From assembly GCA_009103225.1 (NCBI GenBank), contig RHPI01002990.1, positions 312,223-376,222 of the forward strand: 64,000 nt of DNA, written 5' to 3'. Origin of the DNA: Chlorokybus atmophyticus. Taxonomy: Eukaryota > Plantae > Mesostigma and Chlorokybus algae. This document shows, one piece after another, positions 23,910-40,000 of the stretch (positions within the stretch are counted from its first letter, which is position 1; each line of letters opens with the position of its first letter). A model generated the notes under the pieces. The model was not told the origin of the DNA. It did not search any database and was given only the letters and a program-made list of their open reading frames with translations. The position numbers were made by a program, and so were the translations under genes.

Positions 23910-24145
23910 CAGTTGATCATGTTGCATATCTGCATGCAGATTGGCCAGCGCAGTCGGGAGCGTCATGACCATTTTGAGACGGAGATTGAAGAGCTTCCTG
24001 TGTGAGATTGGGACAGAAGCTTCTTTGCCATTTACCAACCTTCTTGTTCCATGTGTACCATTGGTAGAGCACTCCGCATTGTCTTGTTGGACTCACATGT
24101 AGGAAGGTGATGGCATAAAAGCATGCACACATGGCGCAGCGCACG

Positions 24146-25562
24146 TTACACTGTTGAATTCGTGGTAATTCGTTGGTGTTTCTGTAACTCCTTTGCTAAT
24201 GTGGTGTGTCCTTGTATGCTGGCCCACTCGCACGCATCAAACGGCCCTCGGCTTTTGTACACGCCTTTGGCAGACACATCAGCGCCCTTGGAAAGCAGAT
24301 ACTTGCATATCCGCAGCTCACCGCGCCATGCTGCATTCAACAATGGTGTGAACCCATCGCCATCAGACGTCTCAATGTCTGCCCCCCAAACCTCCACAAG
24401 CTCCTGTGAAGAGAGGGGTCAGTCACACACACACACACGCGGCATGCAAGTCATATGCATGAAGCACAAACAGAGACCATCCAACATGCAACTGTCACCT
24501 GTATGCAGCGCAATGCGCTGCAGCGCGATGCGAGGTTTAGCAGGGAGTTCTGCTCAAGAAGTAACCCGCCACGCCGGTCAATGAACTCTTTATCGCACTT
24601 GCATCCCAATGACGTCGCCACCTTCGCTAGACGCTTCTTCAACCCTGCATGGTACACGTAGGCAATGTGTACGCACGCACGCGCGCACGCACGCACACAC
24701 ACACGGGGGCTCAAGCGCGTACACACACATTTGTGTACCCTTCGGGTCTGTTGTACATGACCTTGTTTGTCCATGTACGTAGTACAGTTATAAGGGCTAC
24801 TGCGTCGTCAACCATCATTCCTAGCACACTGCGTTGGTGTTCATAACACTCACCCGCAACACTGTCGCGTTTGCAAAGCATGTCATAGCAGCCTTTGAGA
24901 AACAGAAAGTGCGATGTGGAGTCTGCAAACCACACAACACATCTGGTGTCATGCTAGTGGTCATGAGAGTTGCGTGCTGCATGAGATCAAGAGCACTTTA
25001 CCCATGCGTTCTCGGCTGCGGCAGCGGTCAATGTATACACGTCGGAAGGATTGGCGAGGGTGCACTGGCACGCGCATTCGCGTCATGCTCATGAGCGCCT
25101 TCCACACGCCATCCCTCTTGCTCAGAGCAGCATGAGCCCTATGGTAAGCAAGCAAAACTTATTCTTATGTTTATGCTACGCTGTCATGACAGGCAAAAAC
25201 TGTTTGCAGCTTGACAAACGCTGACAATCACACGTGAGCTGCCGCAACTAACAACCTTTGCTGCATGTTGTTGCTGCCGATGAGTGCACCTAGCACTGAG
25301 CAACTTCATACGTACACCAAAACCTTATGCTGTCAATATGGACTGGTGATTATCAGTTGTACGCATGCAAAGTTTATAAGTTGTAGCTGCGTGCATCCTT
25401 CTGCCTCTGTCTCCCTCACCTGTCCGCCAAAGCCAGCGCCGCCAGGTCCGCCGGTTGCAAATGCTTCAGCACCTCCGCCACAAGCTCGTCGGGCAAGTCA
25501 CCCAAGCCCCGCGCGCCGCCCATCGCCGCTGCCGCCGCCGCCGCCATGATGTTGCTGGCCAT
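24146..25562 (-). CDS. F-box plus C-terminal ankyrin-repeat protein
   Basis: Exon 1 from ATG 25562: MASNIMAAAAAAAMGGARGLGDLPDELVAEVLKHLQPADLAALALADR (F-box). Last exon: GADIETSDGDGFTPLLNAAWRGELRICKYLLSKGADV...ACEWASIQGHTTLAKEL (ankyrin repeats). Intervening exons join in phase. Confidence 0.85.
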
Positions 25563-25803
25563 GTCAACAACGTCTGCAGGCTACTTTGTGACCGGCAAAC
25601 GTCACGTCGTTACGCTTTGAAGCCGTCACGCTGCGCTACGCTTCAACCCAGTGAAAAGGTTTTTGGCCTGGCCTGGCCTGGTCTGGTCTGGCCTGATCTA
25701 GCCTGGCGGCGTCTGGTTGTAGACCAGCGCCGGCCAGCTGGCTGGCCTGTTGCTAGCTAGCAAGCGGGAAGGTTTCTAGGTGAAGCGAGAGGAAAAGGCG
25801 ATC

Positions 25804-28800
25804 ATGACGGACGCTTTGCTGGATGAGCTGAAGGTAGAAAGCATGAACGCAGCATGCTTGTCAGCAGTGATGCTAATATGTAGGCTTATAACGTATAACG
25901 GTTAAGGTTATAGTTGTCACCATATATCCAAGCAGACCACAGTGCCAGTCGCTTATTCCAAATCTGTTATCACCGTTTCCGTTTCTGTCATGCTTGCAAT
26001 TGCTTTGTGTCATTATGCTTAACCTCAGCGGACTGTTGCTGGTGAGCATGAGCACAGATAACTAGTAACACTGTACGTGCTAGATAGCCTTGTGTATTTG
26101 CCCAGCATACTGTAAGCTTTGCAGTTGTGCTTACTGTAAGAGTGGTGCGGCAAAACTGGTTCACATTGTATAAAGGCATGCTTTCCGTGTGTGCATGCTT
26201 GTCTTCTGTCACATTCATACCATGGATTTTTAATCCTCTCCATGAGGATTAAGTGGCATTCTCACCGTTAACAAGCTTGTATGTGTGTATGTGCGTGCAC
26301 ATGCAGCCTCCAGTGGCGGTGGCGGCACTCATAGGCGCACCTCAGCTCCACTCCGCCATATCACAGGTTGGTTGGTAGTTGCTGACTGCTGGGTGGATGC
26401 TCAGACTTGCTGGCACAGTTATACCCTGTGCGTGTGCACACGCACTCAACAGTTACTACAGCACACAGGCACTCAGCAGCATGTTGGTGTGACTTTGAAC
26501 TCCACATGGTACTTGTAAACTGAGATGGAGACACAACTGTGTGCGCAGTACTTATTGAAGGAGCAAAAGCCTCCGGTGGCATCCGTGTCTTTGTCCAAAG
26601 CGGCCGACCTCGCAGCCGTGCTGAACAACAAACTTATCAACAGCATCACCAACAGCAATGCCAAGTCCCCTCCCAAAGCGCCAACCGACAAACCAGAAAA
26701 CCTGAGCTCCAACTCCCTTTTACGCAGACCACTATTCGGTATGAGTTCACATCATAAGCAATGCCATAAGCAGTAGTCGTTCATGAGCAGGTGTGCTTTA
26801 TACACACACACACACACAAACATGTGCGTGTGTGTGCGCGCATGCGTGCGTGCGTGCTGCACTCATGCGTGCGTGCACGTGTGTGTGTTTGGTGCGTGCG
26901 TGCGCGCGCACATTTGGGTGTGTATGTGGGTGTGCGCGCACGCGTGCTGGTGTGCTGTCGTACGCGCGTGCAAGTTCGCGTGTGCATGTGCATCCAGAGC
27001 CCAACTCACACCCCCCACCTCCTTCCCCTCCCTAGGTTCCGACTCCTCCCTCTCTTCCTCCCTCTTCTCCTCCTCCCCCGACCGCGACCCCTCCCGCTCC
27101 TCCCGTCCCCCCACTGGTATTGTTAAATCAAGCTGGTTGACCAAGCACGCGTCCGTCGCCCGCCCCGCCGTCGCGGTGCTCATGATGGATCGAGACGCGG
27201 TGTTTGGGGATCCGGGGGCGTGGGCGGAGGCGAACGCGGGGATCGATGCGGTCAGGTGGGGAAGGGGAGGGGGATGTGGGTGGGGATGGGGCGTGTGCGT
27301 GTGAGTGACTGTCAGTTGCATGCGCGGACAATTGCGTGTGGGTGCGTGTGCGTGCGTGCGTGCGCATCTGTGTGCGCGTGCGTGCGTGCGTGAACGTGTT
27401 TACATGCGCGTGTGCACTACTACCACTACTTTAATGTCATCTGCTTTTGTGTGTGGTACACCTCAGGTTGGCTTTGAAAGGTCGAGCAACAAAGCTCATA
27501 CTTGTCATCTTGCAGCCAACTGCAGCAGGTCCGCACCGTGACCCTCGCCACTGACATGTCGTATCATGTTTGATGGTTACGATCATGAGTGATCGCATGT
27601 TTGTTTGCTGTGTTGCAGTTGAGATAAGCGATGACCGGCTTGCACCCTTGCGCAAGCGCGCTGAGATCGACGCAAAGAACCTCCTTGTGTACACGCTCTC
27701 CGATGCGCCGAAGTCTGTTGCAAAGTGAGTGCTTTTTGACGTACATGAAAACACGGCAACACAACAATGTGAAACCGACATTCGCATCACAGGTTGGGCA
27801 AGGCGATAGGCGAGCAAGCGCAGGTTTATTACCGTGAGGAAGCGCACAGAGTGAAAGCCAAGCTCGGGAGGCAGCAACCCTCGCCCGAGCTCGCTATCAG
27901 GCACGCTTTCAAGGTTGGGCTGTGTTGTGTACGTGTGCTTGTGCGTGTGCTTTTGTGTGTGCGTGGATGTCTGCGTGTCCTGATGTTCAATACTACAGAT
28001 TGCAACATTTGCGGAGTTCCGACAAGACTGGCCCGCTGCGTTGAAGTACCACTCGATTGCATACGGCCAGTTGAGAGAGCTTGCGATAATGGTACGTGTG
28101 CATTGTTGTCGAACTCAATACACCTATGTGTGTAGCCACCAAGAGCATACTTACATGTGTAGTTTCTCATGCAGGATGGAAGGACATACCAGCAATTGGT
28201 TGAAGCAAAGGCGGTGGCGGAGAGGATTAACCTCAAGTTGTGTGCGCTTCTTCTGCTTCACACGGCTTCGGGCAGCGCTGCGGCAGACTGCATCGCTCAG
28301 GTACGTGTTGGTGTGCTGTCTGTTTACCCGAACGATCCTAACAGACACATATAGGTACGTCTGTGCATTCTGTGTGTGTGCGTGTGAGAATGTGCATGCG
28401 CTCCTGTGCGTGTGTCTGCACGCGTGCAATCACACGCGCGCTCATGGGCGTGCGGTGCGTATGTGCATATGTGTTATGATGCAATGCCATCTTTCGACAT
28501 GACCATGTCTCAGTTTCGGAGGCATGTCGCGGCATTCAGAAGCCTGGCGGGCCCACAAAACGTGGCTTTCAAGCATTACGCTTGGATGTCCCAGCAATAC
28601 AAGGTATGTTGAAGTTGCTGTGGTGTGGCATATCTCACAACCAGTGCAGTGCAAATGGTGCCAGTTGCACACACCGTACACAACCGTTATGCAACACAGG
28701 TTATGGGTGATCTTTTGCAAACATCAGCCGGCAACGGGTCTCTCAACCCTTTTGATCGTGAGCACCAACCAGCTTTTTACTACCACGCTGCTGGGCGAGC

Positions 28801-31800
28801 CGCCATCGAAAGAAGGAGATCGTTTGAGGTGAAGCGTTGTGGCGGTTTCGCAAGACTTGAACGCATGTGTACCTTGAGTTCAACGAGTTGTGTTTGTGGA
28901 TTTTTATGTGCAGGCCAGCGCAAAGGACGTGACGGGCTTGTCAGACGTGTTTGTGGGCTCCGAAGGCCAGGTGAGTGCTGCTGTGCGTGCGTGCGTGCTT
29001 TTTCTGTTGTAAGGAGCCAACACTCTTTGATTGTTATGCAGATAGGTGCACCTCTGTACATCGGTCAGGCCCCGCGGCTGCTGTTTCGCGGCTCGAGCGC
29101 GGATACGCAACGGCCGAGCGATGCCGAGTTCATTGCTCACGCCATCATCCACGAGTCCAATGTCCCCCACTCCACATTGGTAAGGCCAATGCGTTGTGCT
29201 TGCTATGTGTGTGCACGCTCAAGTGGGTGCGTACATGGGTATATGTGTATGCGTGCAACCCGCATACACAGCCAACGCTTGTTACAACACCATGCTTGCA
29301 TCGTGTATGCACACGTGTGCGTGTCAGCCTTCAAGCAAGCCTATCTGGATGTGTGCATGTATGTATGCGTGCACGTACACAACCCACCCCAAGTCACACG
29401 TGTGGGTTGACAACTCTATCACCACCCCAGGCCATCGATCTCCTCTCCCGCGCCCACGACTCCTACCGTCGTCTCCGTTCCGGCCGCGTCCTCCACTCGC
29501 TCTCTTCCGAGATGGCTCGCGAGCACCTCCGTACGGGCGACCACGTCGCGGCGCGGCGGCTGTTCGAGGGCGTCGCGCCCGTCTACCGACGCGAGGGGTG
29601 GGCCGGACCGCTCTGGGCCGCGCTCGAGGGGCTGAGAGAGTGCGCCAGGAGACTGGGAGGGGCGAAGGAGTATATGGAGTACTCGCTGGAGATGTCGGCG
29701 CTGTCGGAGGTGAGAGGAGATGAAAGAGAGGTTGAGTCTGTGCGAGTGGGAGAGGGGGAGAGGGGTAGACTGGGTTCGGTGCTGGGAGGAAGGGGCGCTA
29801 ATGGTATGCGTGCCTTGTTGCGTGCGACAGTCGCCGTGCGCTAGCAGACGTGCTCGAATCAGTAGATACCAACACACGCGTGCGTGCATGCACGTGCGCG
29901 TGTGTGCGTGTGCCTCACGCACGCGCGCACACACCAACGTAACGCACTTCACAACAGCGACAAAATGGCGAGTTTAAATCAGCATGTCGTACATGTTGTA
30001 ACTACGCCCGTGCATATTTTTACTTGTATAGACTTATGTCATTGATGGTGATGCACACATCACATCGCGCATAGCATCGATTTTACTCATATCATACACA
30101 TCACTCTTCTCAGGCGCGGGAGTTGCCTGTCCGTGCTGCGATCCAGCAGACCGCGATGGCCCTCCTTTCCGACCCGCATGTGTCCTTCGACGGTCTCAGC
30201 GTCACGAGCGAGACGGCGTCGACGTTATCCGCGCTCGAGTTCACCGTCACGGAGTCGAGCCCGCTGAGGTCGGCGTTCAGCTGCACGGTGGCGTTCCACC
30301 AGGTGAGGGGTGGGGGGGGGTGGGGGGGGGCGAGTGTGCATGTGCGTAGGCGTGTTCATAAGCGTGCGTATGCGTGCGTGCGCATGCTTGAGTGCTTATA
30401 CATGTGCACTCAAGCTTGTGCACATACAGGCACGTGCACTATAACAAACATGTGTGTATGCGCGCGCGCATGTGCATGTCCGTGTGCATGTGCTTGTGCC
30501 AATTCATGTGCATATACCTTTGTACATGCGCATATCCCCTCCAATTTGATTAAGAGCAAAACCAACAGTCCTAAACACGTGTACCATCCCCACCCCTCAG
30601 GTGTCTACGCGGTTGCACGCGCCGTTGGCTCTCACCGTGGCGCTGCGTGTCCACATGCCTCTTCCGATGCCGCTGTTCAAGCTGGAGGTGCTGTTCAACC
30701 AGCCCGGATGCAATGTCACGCTGCGGGACCGCAACGGTGACGGCGTTGTTGGCACAATTCAAGGCGGTGACGACATCGACCTCGTGGTTTCGTCACATGC
30801 GTGGTGGACACACACCATACAGGTGGGGTGTACACATTGTGTTGTGGGTGGGTGGGTGGGTGGGTGTCGGGTGGATAGTGATCATGTGTGTTGCGTGTTC
30901 GTGTTTAGGTTACGCCAACGGCGGCAGGTCGGTTGGAGTGCGTGGCTATCGTGTTGTGGCCGAGCCCGCACGCCAGCTTGAAATGGCCGATATCGGATAG
31001 GAGCGTGGCGTCTGAGGAACAAAAGACCCTACTGCTGCAGCAACAACAAGTAAGAGTGTGCGTGCGTGCATGCGTGCACGCGCATGCGTGTCACACGATG
31101 TTGGTGTGTTGCAAACCTCATGTGACATCAACTTCATCTACAGTCCGGGAGTATCATGGCCTCCCCTTTCAAGGACACCGACGGCGCCATCCCCCGTCAA
31201 GTCCACGCGCAGGTCGGCAACGCCGAGCCTCTTGTGTCCGTCGATATCTCCCACCACCCTCCCGCCCTCGTCGGCGAGGCCTTCCCCGTGAGGATATCCG
31301 CGCGGGCGCTGTCGACGTCGCAACCCGTGCGCGCGGGCTCTGTATTGCTGGAAATCAAAGCTATGGTGATCAGTGGGAATGGTGGTGGTGTGGGCGGGGG
31401 AGCTGCAAGTGGCATGCCGCGCGTGGACTCGTTGGAAGGTGGGGTCGTGTGTGGATGTGTGGTTGTGTGTATGTGGATGTGTGCGTGTGCTTGCGTTCGA
31501 GACGTCTTGTTACGGACATTACGCACGCAAGCACGAGCATATGCAAAACAAAAAGATACTGTGTACTGAATTGCAGTATCAAGTGCGCAATTGTGTTCAC
31601 GTGAGTGTCTGGTATGTTTATGACACTGGCATGTTGAGTGTCAGTTGTCGTTAACTGAGCAGTGCACCCATAAGTTGTTGTGTCAGTATGTGTATGTGTA
31701 TGTGTGTATATGCTCAATGCGAGCGCGCAACGCAGGCATGACTGGCGAATCTCTTTCCCCTCGTATCGATCAAGCCAAAGAGGGCGAGGAGGCGTCGGTC

Positions 31801-33660
31801 GCAGGCGTGCAGTTGTTGACCGATGCGTTGATGCCGTTCGCTTCCACCATCTCATCTGCAACATCATCGCCAACTTCACCACCCGCCGCCCTCATCACGC
31901 TCCCCGACATTGCGCCCGGAGCCGTGCACGAAGAGTGCGTGTATCTGAGATGGCGTGACGCGCGCCACGTGACTCTTACCGTCAAGGTGAGAGTTGTTGC
32001 AACAAACAAGCACACGTAGGACAAGGTCAGAGCACATACAGTGTAGTGTGTTTACACACGTGCGTTGTAGGTACGGTATGGTGAAGGTGATGAGCTCGAT
32101 GGTGCGAATCAAAGGCGAGAGGCGCCCGAGTGCGTGGCAACGATCCCTTGCGAGGAGCCATTTGCAGCGAAGCTTCGCATCATGGCGCCGTTTCGGTCAG
32201 AATCGCTGCTGCCATCACCCTCATCCTCAGGTGAGCACGTGTTCACGCTGTCGCTTGACATGCGCGCGTGCGCGTGCGCGTGCGCGTGCTTGCATATGAG
32301 TGAAAGGTTGCAAGCACGCGCGCGCATGCGTGCACCACTGCGTGTGCGTACACATTTGTGCGGGTAATTGTGACAGGCTGATTCATTCATTCATTCATTG
32401 CAGCAACAGCAGTTCCAGTCAATGAGACATGCGCGCTGGCTGCCGTTCTCCAGTCGATGTCGACACCTCGGTTGCAGCTGCTCGATGCTGCGGTGGATAT
32501 CGCGCCGGGCTTCAGTTTGCACCAGTCGGCACCCGCAGAAAAAACCCGCAATGCTGCAAACACTCAGCAGGAAACCAGCAGCAACAGCAGCAGCAGGGAC
32601 TGTTTCATGATGATGCGAAGAGGGGAAACGTACAACTCGTTGTTCCACGTTGGAATGCATGCTGTCAGCGAGGCCGTCAGCGTTGGCAGCCTTGTTGTCA
32701 AGTGGACGAGGGCGGATGGGTGGGTGGCTGTTTTTGTGTGTGTGCGTGCGTGTTGCGTGTGTGCGTGCGTGTGCGTGCAAGCGAGCGTGCCCGCGTGTGT
32801 GCGCGCGCATCTGAGACAACTCAAGTTGTGTACTTTGTGTCATGTGGACGTGTTTTAAGTGTGATGGCCATAATGTATGGTGTTGTGCAGAAGTGGAGAC
32901 ACAGCCGTAACAACTCGATTGCCGCTGCCAATGGTGGCAGTGATGGCGCCACCATTGACGCTGGCTCAAAGCAGGCCGGCTTACGCGCTGCTGGGACGCC
33001 CCTTCACGCTCACTCTGACGTTGCAAAACCACACTGCATTGCTGCAGGTAGGTGTTTCTTGTAGAGTTGATTATGGTGATGTGTTGGCGATGATGATGGT
33101 GGTGCTGATGCGTGGCATGTGTTTGGGCAGGAGGTGGCAGTGACTGTGGTGGATGCGGCGGGTTTCGTGTTTGTGGGAGAGCGATCGTGCGTCGTGTCTG
33201 TGCTGCCGCATGAAACCCAGGTTGTCAGGTATGTGTCTCTTAGCATTGCATTGCTTCAACAAGTATATTGCTCGTGTGATGGTGGGTGCTCATGTGGTTA
33301 CTGCCATGCATGCAGCTACCGTCTTGTTGCGGTTGCTGCCGGCATGTTGCTGTTGCCCGAACTGCGTGTGTCTTCCTTGCGATACAATGCTCGCTTCCAG
33401 CCTTCCAACCACAACCGGCACATGTATGTCTACCCACAAGAACCCAAGGTGATAGCTTGATCCAGAATGGCCTCAGACATCACTGATACAACCAAAGTAA
33501 AACAGAGAACCTTATGTATCCCTTGCAGGCACCCGGCGCTGTTCTCAAGCAAGCAATCCCCGCATCACAGCCCAGCACGTTGGTTCCACCAGCTCAAGAT
33601 GATGATTGGTCAGATTGGCAGGCTAGTAGAATGACGGCAACGACAGTTGGAGGCAGTTAG
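25804..33660 (+). CDS. TRAPPC11: Trafficking protein particle complex subunit 11 (Foie gras/Gryzun domains)
   Basis: MTDALLDELK|PPVAVAALIG, GIVKSSWLTKH...PAVAVL, FKVAAFAEFRQDW, YRREGW..L, PFTLTLTLQNHT, GFVFVGERSCVVSVLPHET, GMLLLPEL. A final exon at 33529-33660 joins in phase. Many exon boundaries are approximate. Confidence 0.9.
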
Positions 33661-33899
33661 GGTGCTGCCGGTCTTACGCGGTGGTTAGTGTCTGATCTTC
33701 CATTGCCTGCGCTTTCCGGGTGTGGGACATGCTCTGCTTTTGCATGTTTCCTCCCATGGCTCAAGGTGTTGCTGCTATCTTACACCAGGGCTTCCAGTCT
33801 GCAAGCACTGGTGGAGTCCTGCCATTGTATGTGAACTATCACTGGGTAGCCGACCGTGGTCATGGCATTCTTTAATGGACGTGTTGCGCACAGCTACTA

Positions 33900-35970
33900 T
33901 GGGCGGGAGTCAGTGCATAAAGCCTGTACTGACCGAAATGCCTTTGTGCCTACAGTCGGTTGCATTTGGCTATCAATAAGCTCATGACACGCGCAAGGCT
34001 ATTATTTCTAGGACTGCATATGTACCATGCACACGCACTGCACTGCATTGCCTGAGCAGTGCATCACCTCTTAATTCGCCAGTACCGCCACTAGCATATG
34101 ATGCTGTCTTCAGGTCTGTATTTGCCTGCCTGCCTGCACCCTTGCACACAGCGCCCATGCTGCAGGTGACTCAATGCATGCATGCTGGTCTAACGGGGGT
34201 CAGGGCAGTAGTGAAGCTGGGTAGTGAGTTAGTGGTCGACTGTGTGTAGCCCGGTGGTTAATAAGCTTGGTGAAAGTTGTCGTGTGCATTGCGTTTGCAT
34301 GTGTGCTGTGGATTGCACGTGTCAGCACGGTCATATGCATCACATTGCATATTTTCTACACATAGAGTTCCTCCTTGCATCTTCCGTACACACAGGTGCA
34401 TGTCGCATTGTATGTAAACAGCACATAGGGCAAGTAGTTTGGAGAGACAGGAGGCCCCAAATGCCATATCCTCATCCATTCTCATTGACATGCATGCAAG
34501 CGTTGCTGTCAGTGCTGCCCCGAATGTACTGTGAAACTGGCTTTGCTTGTCGACTTTCCCTACTGCTGCAGTGAGTGCTAGCATACAATGTGCATTGCGT
34601 TCCACGTAATACATTTCATTCATTCCATACACCGTTCCTGTGACTAACTACCGAGCTACCCACTACACTACGCGCACACTTCAAGCCTGCAGCCGTTTAC
34701 CAATGGCCTCAGCAGATAGGTCTTGCCGCAACTGACTCAGACTCTTAGAAGTGACTGGCGGCCGCCATAGCTGCCATTTGCGCAGGTAGGTATGGTGGCA
34801 GCACTGACAGCGGACGCTTGTATGTCAATAATAATAGAGGTGGTATTTGCACCAGCACTACACCCTCCGCCCTTGCTGCTGCTACTGCCTTGCTTGCCTG
34901 TCGGTGGTAGCCAAGCCCGGGGTCTACCCACTGGCGCTATGGCACAGGTCGGTTACCCGCACTACTTGTACTCTTGCCCTACTTCTCCTAGCACTGCCCG
35001 CCTTGCATTGCACTTAGTGGCGCGCATGTAGTGGCATACACTTAGTTTAGCCATTGCCCCCGTTGTTGTTGGTAATTGATTGAGCTGGCCTTTCTTGTTT
35101 GCTACTGTGAGTGCATGAGTGCGCGCGTGCTGTGCAGCTTTGCATCTTTGGAACGCCTATGTAGTTGAGCTTATTGCCCCCCCCTTTTCTGATGGAACGG
35201 TGCTTTGTGTTGCTGTGCGGAGTGTGATGCATGCGTGTGAGCATTTGTGCATCTGGTATACTGGAAGTTTTGTAGTTAATCTCATAACCACCACATGATT
35301 GACACAGAAGCAACGTACCCAATGGCGGAGCTGGCAGCTTATCAAGCAACAACTGGAGGATAAGCATCACATGACTTTTCAGGTATATCCTGTGTAGTAG
35401 TGTTGCAATTACTGATTGAATACCTGGACTAGCAATTGACTTCTTTATGTCCACTCGAAGGTGCTTGTCATGTGACAAGGTGACATCATCCCAAGCACAA
35501 GCGCAATAATGTCAACAGTACACTGCACCAGTTACCGGTACCAACAATGCACCGAATCATTCAAGTACACAGCAGCATGTGTTGCAACAACTACCGTAGA
35601 CAATGTGTAATCTCTGTATGCTACCACTACAGTACGCATCCAATAATCTCACCCACCAAACAGACACCCTTGTGCGAGCCATCCACCGAGGTAGACCATG
35701 GTCAACGGGAAAATCCACCTATGAATTTGCTTTCTACGTGCATATGTCATGCGCAAATGGTACGGTAGGGTTCAATCTCATAAAGCTTCTTGGCAGTGTC
35801 TCGACAGCAGGCTGGGCTTGTGAGGGTATACCATGCAATCGCAAAGCGGGCGTGCCTGCACGTTGCAAAAACTGCTGCCAGAGTTTGGTTGACCGAAGCA
35901 GCTGCCGAAGCAGCTCTGTACATTGGCAATGCAAATCCCGCCAGCCTTGATGCACTAATACTGCATTTGA
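33900..35970 (-). CDS. Possible unidentified spliced gene, or long UTRs
   Basis: Two minus-strand segments with plausible splice sites join in phase (YLRKWQLWRPPVTSKSLSQLRQDLSAEAI|ALTAAVGKVDKQSQFHSTFGAAL...). No start, stop or family could be assigned. Confidence 0.25.
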
Positions 35971-36008
35971 GCCAACAGCGCACATGTGGCTCTCGCGTGA
36001 GGAAGCCG

Positions 36009-38639
<2,631 letters not shown>

Positions 38640-39699
38640 GCTGGCTCGTGTCGGCTGGCGTGCGAGGCAATGGCACGGCGGCTTGCCTCCCAGAACGAAC
38701 TCCCAAACTACCTCCTGCTCGACCCCGCCGCCCTGTACCTCCTGCTCCTAGGGTTTGCTGCCGGCGGCAGGGCGGCATGCACCAGCAGCGCTCTCTGCCA
38801 GCATGGCAGCATCCTCCCTCCTGCTTCTGAAGCCACACCCGGAGACAGAGGTAGAGTCAGAAGTGACCCTCATGGCTGTCGCCGTCAGCGCCGCCGCCAC
38901 CACCACCGCCGTCCACCACCACGCCGCTAAAGCCACTGGTGTGATGGTGGTTGCCGACAAACTTGCGTATAGTCATAAAGCACAACCGCTTTCAGGTATG
39001 CCCCACAGATTGATATGTTTGCATGAGCGTTGGGCTGCCTTCATCTCGGGCACTATTAGGACAGGTCCAATTTGGCCAGGGACAGATGATCTGAACATTT
39101 TGCAAGCCAAAGTGGTAAACGTGGTCTGGTCACCGAGTGCCGAAATCCGTCCCGGATGGTGAGAGGCACAAAAAGATTATGCCAAGCAATGCTTGGCAAG
39201 CATGATCATGCTTGGCAAGATGTCGGCAGCTTGCACATTCGGCACATCTGTTGTCTTCATTCACTGATGTTAACTTTCAGTCAGCCGGTTCAAAGGGCCT
39301 GTTATTGTTACTGCAACATACCGCCCCACACTCTTTGTGTACAAACCACCCCACCTTCTGTATGAGGGTAAGCAATGTATTGTTTTACATATATTGTTTT
39401 ATTTTTAATATCAATATTACTTATTGTACTTGGGGGAAAAAGTCGTGAATGAGAAAGAGGGGAGGGTTCAATTTGCATGAATACGGTAAATGTAACGCTT
39501 CAGCGGAGTCGTACTGTTATCAATACGTTATTAGACTGCAACTTGCATAAGTCATTACGCAACAATATCGTACATATACGGCATAAGACATATATATTTT
39601 ATACATTTTGATATATACATGCGCGCGTGCGTGTGTGTGTATGTACAGAACTGTAAAGATTGCACCGGTATGCATATGCCAGCACACTTGTTACACCCA

Positions 39700-39913
39700 C
39701 ACGAAATGACACACAACACATACAGAGATGCACTTACATATGTCAATACAACCCGAACAAAACTATCTATGATGGCAAAGACAAGCACGCTTACCACGTG
39801 CTGCAGGTACCTGTTCCCACATAAGCGGTTATGGGGGGTACCCCCCGCTCCTACCATGCCACACTCAATGTCATCACATGTTAATGTCGGTAACATCTGT
39901 CCATCAAGGCATA

Positions 39914-40000
<87 letters not shown>

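Noticed and set aside
39181-39216. 18-bp palindrome CAAGCATGATCATGCTTG within ATGCTTGGCAAG repeats
   Set aside because: Explained by a small local duplication in ATGCAT-rich DNA, with no associated feature.
38800-39370. Possible plus-strand gene divergent from CCaMK
   Set aside because: Candidate exons could not be joined into a consistent frame with a recognisable product.
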